Assembly (NCBI GenBank): GCA_024399175.1
Contig: JAKSHU010000001.1
Coordinates: 1-43,602, forward strand
Source of the DNA: an archaeon
Lineage (GTDB): Archaea > Thermoplasmatota > Thermoplasmata > Methanomassiliicoccales > Methanomethylophilaceae
Direction of reading: 5' to 3'
DNA length: 43,602 bases
Both the position numbers and the translations under genes were made by a program. Of this stretch, positions 18,483 to 27,024 are shown piece by piece. Below the pieces are notes generated by a model, which saw only the letters and a program-made list of their open reading frames with translations, did no database searches and was not told where the DNA came from. The first letter of the stretch is position 1; each line of letters begins with the position of its first letter.

Positions 18483-18629
18483 ATGGCAGACATCAACCCC
18501 AACTGCAACTGCCCCAAGACCGAATGCCCCAGGCACGGAAAGTGCATGGAATGTGTCGAGGCCCACAAGGCCGTCGTCGGCGGAAAGATTCCTTTCTGCC
18601 TCAGGTTCATGGTCGAGGGACCTAACTGA
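18483..18629 (+). CDS. 48-aa Cys/His-rich protein (DUF6485-like)
   Basis: MADINPNCNCPKTECPRHGKCMECVEAHKAVVGGKIPFCLRFMVEGPN, with a CTTATAG box about 23 nt upstream and host-like codons. Confidence 0.75.
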   Translation: MADINPNCNCPKTECPRHGKCMECVEAHKAVVGGKIPFCLRFMVEGPN

Positions 18630-18721
18630 AACCGCTCTGTTCAACCAACCTGTTGATAACCACACTAACTGCAGCGTAAGGGATTCATATACCCTAACAG
18701 CGACAATAATCTCGCGAGGAA

Positions 18722-18822
18722 CGGACAAGGATCTGCAAAAGCAGAGTGTTCCGGGAAACAACGGATTCCCGGAACATCCAAAAGTGCTTGTCCGGGAACC
18801 GATGGCTGCGGGCTGCGCAGCC
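18722..18822. ncRNA. Candidate structured non-coding element (multi-branch)
   Basis: An 8-bp outer stem (18722-29/18787-94) encloses hairpins 18732-45 and 18747-76 (perfect 11 bp); a further hairpin lies at 18804-22. No plausible ORF. Confidence 0.35.
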
Positions 18823-18914
18823 TTATCCGTGAGATATAAACAGCGAGAACCGTTACTCTGCACAATCGTGTCCGGCCATCATCAGGATGGTCGAACATAG
18901 CCACTGAAACAAAG

Positions 18915-18952
18915 GGCATGGTCTCCAGCGGACCATGCCGATTATTATTTTT
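18915..18952. terminator. Hairpin terminator downstream of xseB, possibly bidirectional
   Basis: GGCATGGTC-N7-GACCATGCC, followed by ATTATTATTTTT on + and CTTTGTTT on -. Confidence 0.6.
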
Positions 18953-18953
18953 C

Positions 18954-19205
18954 TCACTCGATCTCAGAGAAGTCCTGCCTCTTCTCGCCAGAGGCAGTCT
19001 CCATGATGGACTGCACCTTGCGGTCGCTCTCGTCGAGGATCTTCCTGCAGTGCTCCCTGAGGGCCACCGCCTGCTCGTAGACCTGGAGACTCTCGTCGAG
19101 GTCAAGATTTCCACCCTCGAGCCTCTTCACGAGGTCCTCGAGCTTTGCCATGCTCTCCTCGAAGCTGAGGGAGCCCACGTCGATCTGCTGTTTCTCTTCG
19201 CTCAT
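18954..19205 (-). CDS. xseB: Exodeoxyribonuclease VII small subunit
   Basis: SFEESMAKLEDLVKRLEGGNLDLDESLQVYEQAVAL...C...L; ATGA overlap with xseA. Confidence 0.95.
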   Translation of the reverse strand: MSEEKQQIDVGSLSFEESMAKLEDLVKRLEGGNLDLDESLQVYEQAVALREHCRKILDESDRKVQSIMETASGEKRQDFSEIE

Positions 19206-20533
19206 TGATATTCCTCTCTGTCGGTGATGTCCGCCTCGGCCTTACCGTCCCTCATCCTCACGGTGATGTGGGACCCGACCGCCAGACCCTTCACGGATGT
19301 GACCGCGCGTCCGTCCGGACCCGCCACGAAGCTGTATCCCCTGTCGAGGACGCTGTACGGGTTCAGCGCGTCGAGACGCACGGACACCTTCTGCTCCCGG
19401 TAGCGGTTGTTGACGCACACGGCCCTCATCGCGGGTTCCACGCGGGCGAGCAGGAGCTCCGCGGCCCCCCTCTTGCGCTGTATGGTGGCCTTCAGGGCAG
19501 GCTCCGGCCTTCCCTCCACGGTAAGCAGGCGCCTGTGCATCACGGAGACCCTGTCGCGGACGGCGGACGAGGCCCGGGAGGACAGGTCGTCCAGCTTCAT
19601 GCCGAGATAGTCGATCCTCTCCTGCGCCCTCCTGGGGGAGAGCTTGGCATCCACACTGTTGAACCTCGCCCTCATCCTCTCGGTGACGGCCGCGAGGGCC
19701 TTGTTCATCCTCAGGGTGCAGTCGTTCAGCTGACGGTGGATCTCCGCCCTGTCGCGGACGGCCATCTGCGCCGCTCCGGTGGGTGTCGGAGCCCTCATGT
19801 CCGCCGCGAAGTCCGCGAGGGTGAAATCGGTCTCGTGTCCCACGGAGGAGATGACCGGCACCCTCGAGGCCACGATGGCCCTGACGACCGGCTCCTCGTT
19901 GAAGGCCCACAGGTCCTCCAGGGAACCTCCTCCGCGTCCGACGATGATGACATCGACACCTGCCCTGTTGAGAAGCTCGATTCCCGCCACGATGGACCTC
20001 GCGGCCCCCTCCCCCTGCACCTGTGCGGGGGCGAGGAGGATGTCGACGGGGAAGAGCCTCCTCGTGGTCGTGAGGATGTCGTGGATGACCGCTCCGGTGG
20101 GGGACGTGACGACACCGATGGTCCTCGGATACTGCGGAAGCTTCCTCTTGCGCTCGGTCTTGAACAGCCCCTCCGCTTCCAGCTTCATCTTCAGCGCCTC
20201 GTACCTCTGGTAGAGGTCCCCGATTCCGGACTTCTTCATCGACTCGACGATGAACTGGTACGAACCCCTCTCCACATAGAGGTCCAGATGGCCGAACGCC
20301 TCGATCTTCATCGAGTCCCCGGGAGCGAAGTCGATGCGGCTCCTGGCACTCTTGAACATGACGGCGCGAATCTCGCTTCCCGCATCCTTGATCGTGAAGT
20401 AGCTGTGCCCGGAGGAGTACAGCTTGAAGTTGGAGATCTCACCGACAACCCACACTCCGTTCAGCCCCGGACTGGAGCCGAAGAGTTCCTTGACACGGGT
20501 GTTGAGTTCTGTGACGGTGAGCCTCTCGGACAT
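19202..20533 (-). CDS. xseA: Exodeoxyribonuclease VII large subunit
   Basis: WVVGEISN..SGHSYF, IGVVTSPTGAVIHD, VGRGGGSLEDLWAFNEE, VGHETD, RAPTPTGAA and LDRGYS motifs. Confidence 0.97.
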   Translation of the reverse strand: MSERLTVTELNTRVKELFGSSPGLNGVWVVGEISNFKLYSSGHSYFTIKDAGSEIRAVMFKSARSRIDFAPGDSMKIEAFGHLDLYVERGSYQFIVESMKKSGIGDLYQRYEALKMKLEAEGLFKTERKRKLPQYPRTIGVVTSPTGAVIHDILTTTRRLFPVDILLAPAQVQGEGAARSIVAGIELLNRAGVDVIIVGRGGGSLEDLWAFNEEPVVRAIVASRVPVISSVGHETDFTLADFAADMRAPTPTGAAQMAVRDRAEIHRQLNDCTLRMNKALAAVTERMRARFNSVDAKLSPRRAQERIDYLGMKLDDLSSRASSAVRDRVSVMHRRLLTVEGRPEPALKATIQRKRGAAELLLARVEPAMRAVCVNNRYREQKVSVRLDALNPYSVLDRGYSFVAGPDGRAVTSVKGLAVGSHITVRMRDGKAEADITDREEYQ

Positions 20534-20619
20534 AACGTCACCGGCAAGACGATACTCGGATATAAGGCCGTGCAGAGGCGGGCCATCACGATTAAGTGGG
20601 GAACACGGATTCCCCCATC

Positions 20620-21057
20620 ATGGACAACGAGACCGCAGCACAGTACATCGCGGAGGACTGCAGGGACAGGATCGACAACATCGTGGCACAGCTCAACGCG
20701 CCCTTCTTCGTGGAAAACGACATGTTCCCCATCAGGCTTGGCAGGGACTGCGTCGAGATCGGCAAGAAGATCAACTCCAGGGACATCAACGGCAACGCCT
20801 TCTGGCACGGAGGAGTCATCTATGGTGTCATGGACCACGCGTTCGCGCTCCTCGTGAACATCGACGGAATCGCCGTCGGACAGGGCGGAAGCATCAACTA
20901 CTACCGTCCCGGAAGGGGAGAGGTCATAACCGCCAAGGCATCCTTCATCAACGTCTCCAAGTCGCTCTACCATGTCAACGTGGAGGCATACGACGGAGAG
21001 AAGATGGTCGCCTCCGGAACCTTCGTCGCCTTCAGGCTCAACGAGATCCGCCACTGA
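20620..21057 (+). CDS. PaaI-family hotdog-fold thioesterase
   Basis: NGNAFWHGGVIYGVMD, INYYRPG and VASGTF. Confidence 0.88.
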   Translation: MDNETAAQYIAEDCRDRIDNIVAQLNAPFFVENDMFPIRLGRDCVEIGKKINSRDINGNAFWHGGVIYGVMDHAFALLVNIDGIAVGQGGSINYYRPGRGEVITAKASFINVSKSLYHVNVEAYDGEKMVASGTFVAFRLNEIRH

Positions 21058-21151
21058 ATCCCGGACACTGGCACCTTCCGGGCGGCCCCAGGTACGTCCG
21101 GGAGGGGGATTTCGACATTCGTCGGACGCGTTAGCCTTATATTAATAGAGC

Positions 21152-21320
21152 CGATAGGGATGTCCATCGCCTGGGTTCTTAACCATTCGTACCAGGTGCT
21201 AGGCCGTCCCAGATGTTCTCAAGTCATCTGTATGTCGGGGCGGCCGAACAATTCTCCACAGGCAATCTCCAGCAATCACGTCGGATTTGCCATCGTTTGA
21301 TTTGTACATGGTGCCTATCG
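21152..21320 (+). ncRNA. Candidate structured RNA in a 357-nt intergenic gap
   Basis: Closing stem CGATAGG/CCTATCG plus CCAT/ATGG around three internal hairpins. Two G-U pairs favour the + strand. TATA-like CTTATATTAA at 21136-21145. Confidence 0.3.
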
Positions 21321-21414
21321 ATGAAGTGGCAACCTTTTGTCGACAAATGCCCTTTATATGTAAACGACTAAGGTCCGTCATCGCCTAGGCGACATGATAT
21401 TGGGATTGAGTAAG

Positions 21415-21774
21415 ATGGCACAGGAAACGAAAGAACTGACGATGGTCTCTTCCGTGGGGAAGAACTTTGCCAATGTGTATGTATCCGAGTACTTCGAGGA
21501 CGTCGACCGTACAGTGGTCACCGTCTACTTCGAGAAGGGAGGACAGGAATACAAGCACTTCACGTTCGTTCTTGGAAAGGGAAAGACCCGTGTCACCCTG
21601 ACCGACCTCGGCGCAGGAAAATACAACTGCTACGCCATCCAGTTCTCCGGAGAGGAGAAGGTCGAATCCCAGATCTCCTTCACCATCAGCGAGTTCGACA
21701 ACGTGGACACCGGACTCGATCTCCACGAGATCAACGAGACCCTCCGCGAGCTTGTCCAGACCATCAAGAAATGA
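21415..21774 (+). CDS. Hypothetical protein (119 aa, beta-rich with a C-terminal helix)
   Basis: Host-like codon usage and a TTTATAT box at 21353-21359; no recognised family. Confidence 0.75.
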   Translation: MAQETKELTMVSSVGKNFANVYVSEYFEDVDRTVVTVYFEKGGQEYKHFTFVLGKGKTRVTLTDLGAGKYNCYAIQFSGEEKVESQISFTISEFDNVDTGLDLHEINETLRELVQTIKK

Positions 21775-21860
21775 TCACGACGGGAGGCCCCAGGCCCCCC
21801 GCCCTCGATGGTTTTCCGAAAAACCATTAATATTGCAATCCACATTTTCCAGCGAACCAT

Positions 21861-22325
21861 ATGTCTGAGGATTCGCTTTCTGATGGGGAGTACGCCTATT
21901 TCAGACTCCTCATGTATCTTCCCGAGAAGCTCACGAAGTGTATCGACCTTGTCTCGCAGGACTATCTGAGGGACACCAACCTGAAGACCTATTTCATGGC
22001 CTACATCTTCCACATCAAGAGCAACGACGGGATATCCCAGAAGGATCTCAAGCTTCTGATCCCCCATGACAAGTCCCGCATCTCGGTGGTCGTGAACGAG
22101 CTCATCGAGCTCGGACTGGTGTACGACGACGGTGTCGGAAGGAGCAGCTCCCTGCACCTGACCGACAGCGGAATGAACGCGTTCGTCATCTGCAAGATGC
22201 TCTTCGACCTCGTCGGCAGGGAGATATTCAAGATGTCACGCGAGAACTACGAGCTCATCAAGCAGAAGAACATCGAGTTCGACAAGCATCTGGACTCCAT
22301 CCTCTCCAGATACAGCAAGTCATGA
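21861..22325 (+). CDS. MarR-family transcriptional regulator
   Basis: Winged-helix pattern DGISQKDL...DKSRISVVVNELIELGLV...LHLTDSG. Confidence 0.85.
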   Translation: MSEDSLSDGEYAYFRLLMYLPEKLTKCIDLVSQDYLRDTNLKTYFMAYIFHIKSNDGISQKDLKLLIPHDKSRISVVVNELIELGLVYDDGVGRSSSLHLTDSGMNAFVICKMLFDLVGREIFKMSRENYELIKQKNIEFDKHLDSILSRYSKS

Positions 22326-22377
22326 TGTTTTTTGAGTCCCAGCGCCGGTCCATCGGATGACTTCACGGCGCAGGCCC

Positions 22378-23151
22378 TCAGTCCATCTGGTTTATGTGTA
22401 TCGCAGGTCTGCCCTCGTGTAGGACGACCTCGGTGTCGACCTCGTAGACGTCCCTCAGATTGTCCGAGGTGATCACATCCACCGCGGGTCCCACCACACG
22501 TATGGTCCCGGGCCTCTCCATCATGATGATCTGGTCCGCATACTTGGCGGCGATCTCGAGGTTGTGGCTGATCATGATGACCATGATCCCCTTCTTCAAA
22601 GCGATCTCACGAAGTAGCTCTGTGACGAAGATCTGATGTTTGATGTCCAGATTCGAGGTTGGTTCATCCAGAATGAGGATCTCCGTCTCCTGCACGAGTC
22701 CCCTCGCGATGGCGACCCTCTGGTGCTGACCTGCGGACAGTTCCCTGAAACTTCTCTCCGCGAACTCCTCCAGATCGAGGGCCTCGAGGATCTTATGGAC
22801 CTTCAGTATGTCCTCCGTGGACGTCTTCCACCTCTGCCTGTTGGCCCTCCCTATGAGAACCGTCTCGAAGACGGTCATGGAGAACACGTCATCCGTGTGC
22901 ACGGGGACGTATCCTATCTTGCGTGCGACGTCCCTCATGTGCATCCTCGACACATCCTCCCCGTCGAGGAGCACGGTTCCACTGCTGGGATGGAGAAGTC
23001 TGTTGATGCACTTGATCATCGTCGACTTACCGACACCGTTGGGGCCGATTATGCAGTACAGTCCCGGCCCTTCGCGATCCAGATTGATATCGTGGAGGAT
23101 AAGGTTGTCGTGCGTGTACCCGAAGTTCACATTCTGCATCTGTATTCTCAT
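22378..23151 (-). CDS. Fe-siderophore/cobalamin-type ABC transporter ATPase (FecE/BtuD-like)
   Basis: GPNGVGKST, LSAGQHQR, LILDEPTSNLD and ISHN. Confidence 0.93.
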   Translation of the reverse strand: MRIQMQNVNFGYTHDNLILHDINLDREGPGLYCIIGPNGVGKSTMIKCINRLLHPSSGTVLLDGEDVSRMHMRDVARKIGYVPVHTDDVFSMTVFETVLIGRANRQRWKTSTEDILKVHKILEALDLEEFAERSFRELSAGQHQRVAIARGLVQETEILILDEPTSNLDIKHQIFVTELLREIALKKGIMVIMISHNLEIAAKYADQIIMMERPGTIRVVGPAVDVITSDNLRDVYEVDTEVVLHEGRPAIHINQMD

Positions 23152-23155
23152 TCTA

Positions 23156-24286
23156 TCACCATGACGCCTTCTTGTTCCTGATCACCAGATACAGGAACAG
23201 GGGCCCTCCGATGAAGGAGGTGATGACTCCGACCTCCAGTGTCGCAGGGGAGATTATCGTCCTTCCGATCACGTCGGCGACCACCAGCAGGGCTGCTCCG
23301 AACACTCCGGAGGCAGGGCTGAGGCACCGGTTGTCCGAACCGACGAAGATTCTGGCGATGTGCGGTGCCACCAGACCCACGAACCCTATGAGTCCCGTGA
23401 AACTCACCACCGTGGCCACCACCAGTGTTATCGCCAGAAGCAGCATCCTGCGCATCTGGTCAACGTTGATCCCCATGGCCTTGGCGCTGTCATCCCCTGT
23501 CGAGAGGATGTTCAACTTGCGGGAGAAGTACTGCAGGAGCACGGTTCCCGCACCCACGACCATCAGTATCAGCATGATGTCGTTCCAACCCGCGGCCCCC
23601 AGGGTCCCCACCTGCCACTTGTAGAGGGCGGACAGATTGTCGGGATCCGCGACCAGCTTGAACACCGTGGAGACCGCGTTGAAGATGTACATGATGGCGA
23701 TTCCGGCCATGATCATCGTAGTGGGCGAGCCGTTATTGAGCTTGGACACCGCGATGATCACCCCCATGGGGATCAGTGCGAAGATGAACGCGTTGCCGAC
23801 CACGGCATACGTTCCACCGAGGATCGTGATGTCCGCGGTGATCGCCAGGGTTGCGCCGAACCCTGCACCTGAGGAGATTCCCGTCGTGTAGGGGTCGGCA
23901 AGAGGGTTCTTCATAACGCTCTGCATCACGCAACCGCACACCGCCAGCGCGATGCCGGTGAGGATGGCGAGCACGATCCTTGGAAGACGACCGTCCACGA
24001 CGAAATAGTCCAGCATCTGGTTCTGGATGTTCCCGATCAGATGGTTCCAAACGATCTCGTAGCACTCGAGGAAACCTATCGGATAGGTCCCCATACCCAG
24101 TGAGAAACCAGCCGCGACGACCATTCCTGCCACGCAGACGAGGATGAACACTATCTTCCTGAGTATCGAGGTCCGATACTCCTGCACCAGCTCCTTCTCA
24201 TCTAGCGTGCCGAGGTCATCGGAACACCACAGGGCGGTGGCTCTTCTCACCGCCCTGCTGACCTTTCTGCCGGATTCGTCTTCCAT
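23156..24286 (-). CDS. FecCD/BtuC-family ABC permease
   Basis: RLPRIV, MQSVMKNPLADPYTTGISSGA, GDDSAKAMG, IGFVGLVAPHIAR and GGPLFLYL. Confidence 0.95.
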   Translation of the reverse strand: MEDESGRKVSRAVRRATALWCSDDLGTLDEKELVQEYRTSILRKIVFILVCVAGMVVAAGFSLGMGTYPIGFLECYEIVWNHLIGNIQNQMLDYFVVDGRLPRIVLAILTGIALAVCGCVMQSVMKNPLADPYTTGISSGAGFGATLAITADITILGGTYAVVGNAFIFALIPMGVIIAVSKLNNGSPTTMIMAGIAIMYIFNAVSTVFKLVADPDNLSALYKWQVGTLGAAGWNDIMLILMVVGAGTVLLQYFSRKLNILSTGDDSAKAMGINVDQMRRMLLLAITLVVATVVSFTGLIGFVGLVAPHIARIFVGSDNRCLSPASGVFGAALLVVADVIGRTIISPATLEVGVITSFIGGPLFLYLVIRNKKASW

Positions 24287-24304
24287 GGGATCGCTTCCAG
24301 AGGT

Positions 24305-25675
24305 TTATGCTCTCCAGCCGGTGTAGGTGAATCCCCACTCCATTCCCTTGGCGGTGTTGGAGCCCTCGGGCATGAACTTGGAGCAGTAGTCGTCCACCAT
24401 TCTGGACGCATCCTCCCAGCTGATGACGTCATCGTAGATCTGAGAGGCCAGAAGGAGGCATCCCGCAGGTCCTCCGAAGAAGGGCATCAGGGAGAAGTCG
24501 ATGGTGTACACCCTGTGTGCGTCATAGACGGGGAGGTTCTCGAATATCGACTGGATCTTGGCGGCGGCCCAGGTGTTGTACTCGGTCTGATTGGTCACCT
24601 TGGGAGTGTGCTTGGTCTGACAGATGACAAAATCAGTGTCTCCCATGGCCGCCTTGATTGCCTCCGCGGTTCCGAGGGAGGTGAATCCCTTCTTGCCGGC
24701 GGTCTGCTCGGTGAAGTTGATGACCTTGCTGAACCACAGTGCGGGAGACTGGTACTGGTTGTACGCGGAGCAGTTGGAGAGATTGTCGGGATTGAAGGTC
24801 TTCATCACGAGGCAGGTCTTCTTCTCGACGTTGTCGAGCTTTCCGAGGGTCTTCATCGCCGCATCGAACCAGTGGACATACTCGTCGGAGAGGGACTGGT
24901 CCCCGAGCATGCAGGCGAGCATGAGGGCACCGTTGACACAGCGTTCTCCCTGCACCATCACCATCACGAATGACACCTTGTCGGTGAGTCCGGATGCCTT
25001 GGCGCTGTCCCAGAGATAGTTCGTGGAGGTTCCGCCGGTCCACTGGATGACCGTGTCGAGCTTGCCTTCATTATGGAGTGCACCGATGGCCTCGAGTGAG
25101 AGGTCGTCCTTGGCACCCATCGTGGGCTTGTCGGAGATACCGGGGTAGAGAGTGTTTCCGTAATCCGCCTGTGCGGTCTCGGAAGTCGCGGAGAAGTAGT
25201 CATAGACTCCGAGCACGGAGAGGATGTCGACATCACTGTACTCACATCCGATCTTGGTTCCGAGAGGATAGTTGACATATGCATCGATCCTGTCGTTGCT
25301 TCCATCAAACTTGTCCTTGGTGGAAAATGCGGACTCATACCACATCTTCATGGGTTTTCCGGCAATAATGTCCCTGACCGCATCGACATCCTTGGAGTCG
25401 ATGACACCGTCATGGTTCGCATCGGCGAAGTAGTACTCGGTCTTCCAGTTAGCATTCTTGTCATCGATGATCTTCTCGATGGTCTTGACATCATTGCTGT
25501 CGATGATGTCATCTCCATTGGCATTTCCATAGATCCTGAGTCTGACATCGGAATCGTCATAGGCGGACGGAGTGTAGGCCCCGTTGTTGGAGTTCCCGTT
25601 CATCAGGAGGACGACACCTCCGGCGGCCACGATGACGACCGCTGCTAGAATCGCTATAATTGCATTTTTCTGCAT
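24305..25675 (-). CDS. Membrane-anchored ABC substrate-binding protein with an N-terminal dockerin-like (double EF-hand-like) domain
   Basis: N-terminal hydrophobic anchor, then GNANGDDIIDSNDV and ADANHDGVIDSKDV repeats; first gene of the permease/ATPase operon; SD AGGTGA before ATG 25675. Confidence 0.85.
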   Translation of the reverse strand: MQKNAIIAILAAVVIVAAGGVVLLMNGNSNNGAYTPSAYDDSDVRLRIYGNANGDDIIDSNDVKTIEKIIDDKNANWKTEYYFADANHDGVIDSKDVDAVRDIIAGKPMKMWYESAFSTKDKFDGSNDRIDAYVNYPLGTKIGCEYSDVDILSVLGVYDYFSATSETAQADYGNTLYPGISDKPTMGAKDDLSLEAIGALHNEGKLDTVIQWTGGTSTNYLWDSAKASGLTDKVSFVMVMVQGERCVNGALMLACMLGDQSLSDEYVHWFDAAMKTLGKLDNVEKKTCLVMKTFNPDNLSNCSAYNQYQSPALWFSKVINFTEQTAGKKGFTSLGTAEAIKAAMGDTDFVICQTKHTPKVTNQTEYNTWAAAKIQSIFENLPVYDAHRVYTIDFSLMPFFGGPAGCLLLASQIYDDVISWEDASRMVDDYCSKFMPEGSNTAKGMEWGFTYTGWRA

Positions 25676-25690
25676 AGGTTTCACCTATGG

Positions 25691-25719
25691 TTGGACCACT
25701 AATCCAATATTATTTAAGG
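25691..25719 (-). promoter_or_regulatory. ABC importer promoter: TATA box plus TTGGA-N7-TCCAA palindrome
   Basis: The minus strand reads CCTTAAATAATA-TTGGATTAGTGGTCCAA-CCATAGGTGAAACCT-ATG. A second TTGGATTAGT lies at 25753-25762. Confidence 0.55.
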
Positions 25720-25902
25720 TCCGATATGGGCGTAATTTTATTTCGGTTTCGGTTGGATTAGTCTCATAAAACAGTCATAATCCTCCGGAAAACCTCGGAT
25801 TCAGGTCCAAAATAACAGGGTTTACGCACAGTTTATCAAGGTTGTCTCCGCAACAAAATTTCAGACTTATATATGAGGCAGGACATAACGTCCAACACAG
25901 AC

Positions 25903-27024
25903 ATGCTTCTGAGATTCAGTGTCTCCAACTACAGGGGGTTCAGGGAATCCATCGGGATAGATCTGACCGACAAGAAGAACTACCAGTTCGGAAAGGAATG
26001 TGTGAGAGGAGACTTTCTCGACAAGGTCATCATCGTGGGAGCCAACGGGGCGGGGAAGACCAACCTCGGCTACGCGATGGTGGACATCATCTCCACCCTC
26101 ACGGGATACTCGCGCGACATCGGACAGTGTGACGGGGAATGCTTCGTGAACGGGAACGGGGACTCCGACCACGCGCTGTTCCATTACGAGTTCACCTATC
26201 AGGGGACTTACATCACATATGAATACGGGAAGAGGTCACCGGAGGAGATCGTCAGCGAGAAGCTCATCATAGACCGGGTCATCATCTTCGACTACTCCGT
26301 CGACGACCTCGCCCACGGGAACTACCACCTGGAAAGGGTCGATGCCGCCAAGATCGACATCAACACCCTCGATGGCAAAAAGGCCCTGCTTCGCCGCATC
26401 ATCGAGGAGACCTATCAAGACAGGTACTCAGTGATACGCGCAATATCCGACTTCGCATCCCATACACTCTACTATCGCGCGATGTGGAAGAAGGACGAAC
26501 ACATAGGCATCATCGACGAGGATGACGATCTGGACAGATTCATTCTGGGAAACGGGTACATCGGGGAGCTGACGGCGTTCCTGAGGGACGTCGGTGCGGT
26601 CGAGAACGAGATCGTGGGAGTGGATGGCAGGCTGATGATCCGCACCGCCCATCGCGACATCCCGTTCGACAAGGCCGCCTCCAGAGGAACGATGATTCTT
26701 TGCAGGCTGTACTGCTGGATCAAGCGCTGCATAGACAAGGACGCCCTCATATTCTTCGATGACTTCGATGACATGTTCCATTACAGGCCAGCCGAGAGGG
26801 CCATCAGGAACATCATAAGCTCCAACAGGGCGATATGCATCTTCGTCACACACAACACAGGCCTGATCTCCAACGACTTCCTCAGGCCGGACTGCTGCTT
26901 CATCCTCGAGGACGGACGGATATCCTCGCTGGCAAGCCGCACGGACAAAGATCTGCGCAGAGGCCACAATCTGGAGAAGATGCTCCGTGAGGGAGAGTTC
27001 GACAGACCTTCAGAGGAAGAGTGA
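25903..27024 (+). CDS. AAA_21 (RloA/AbiEii-associated-type) ABC ATPase, no partner gene
   Basis: MLLRFSVSNYRGF, GANGAGKTN, ASRGT, FFDDFDDMFH, FVTHN and RPDC motifs; overlaps the convergent gene by 15 nt. Confidence 0.85.
   Translation: MLLRFSVSNYRGFRESIGIDLTDKKNYQFGKECVRGDFLDKVIIVGANGAGKTNLGYAMVDIISTLTGYSRDIGQCDGECFVNGNGDSDHALFHYEFTYQGTYITYEYGKRSPEEIVSEKLIIDRVIIFDYSVDDLAHGNYHLERVDAAKIDINTLDGKKALLRRIIEETYQDRYSVIRAISDFASHTLYYRAMWKKDEHIGIIDEDDDLDRFILGNGYIGELTAFLRDVGAVENEIVGVDGRLMIRTAHRDIPFDKAASRGTMILCRLYCWIKRCIDKDALIFFDDFDDMFHYRPAERAIRNIISSNRAICIFVTHNTGLISNDFLRPDCCFILEDGRISSLASRTDKDLRRGHNLEKMLREGEFDRPSEEE

Noticed and set aside
25685-25902. Cobalamin or other riboswitch ahead of the Fec/Btu importer
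   Set aside because: The TATA box is only ~35 nt from the ATG, leaving no room for a leader, and there is no B12-box consensus.
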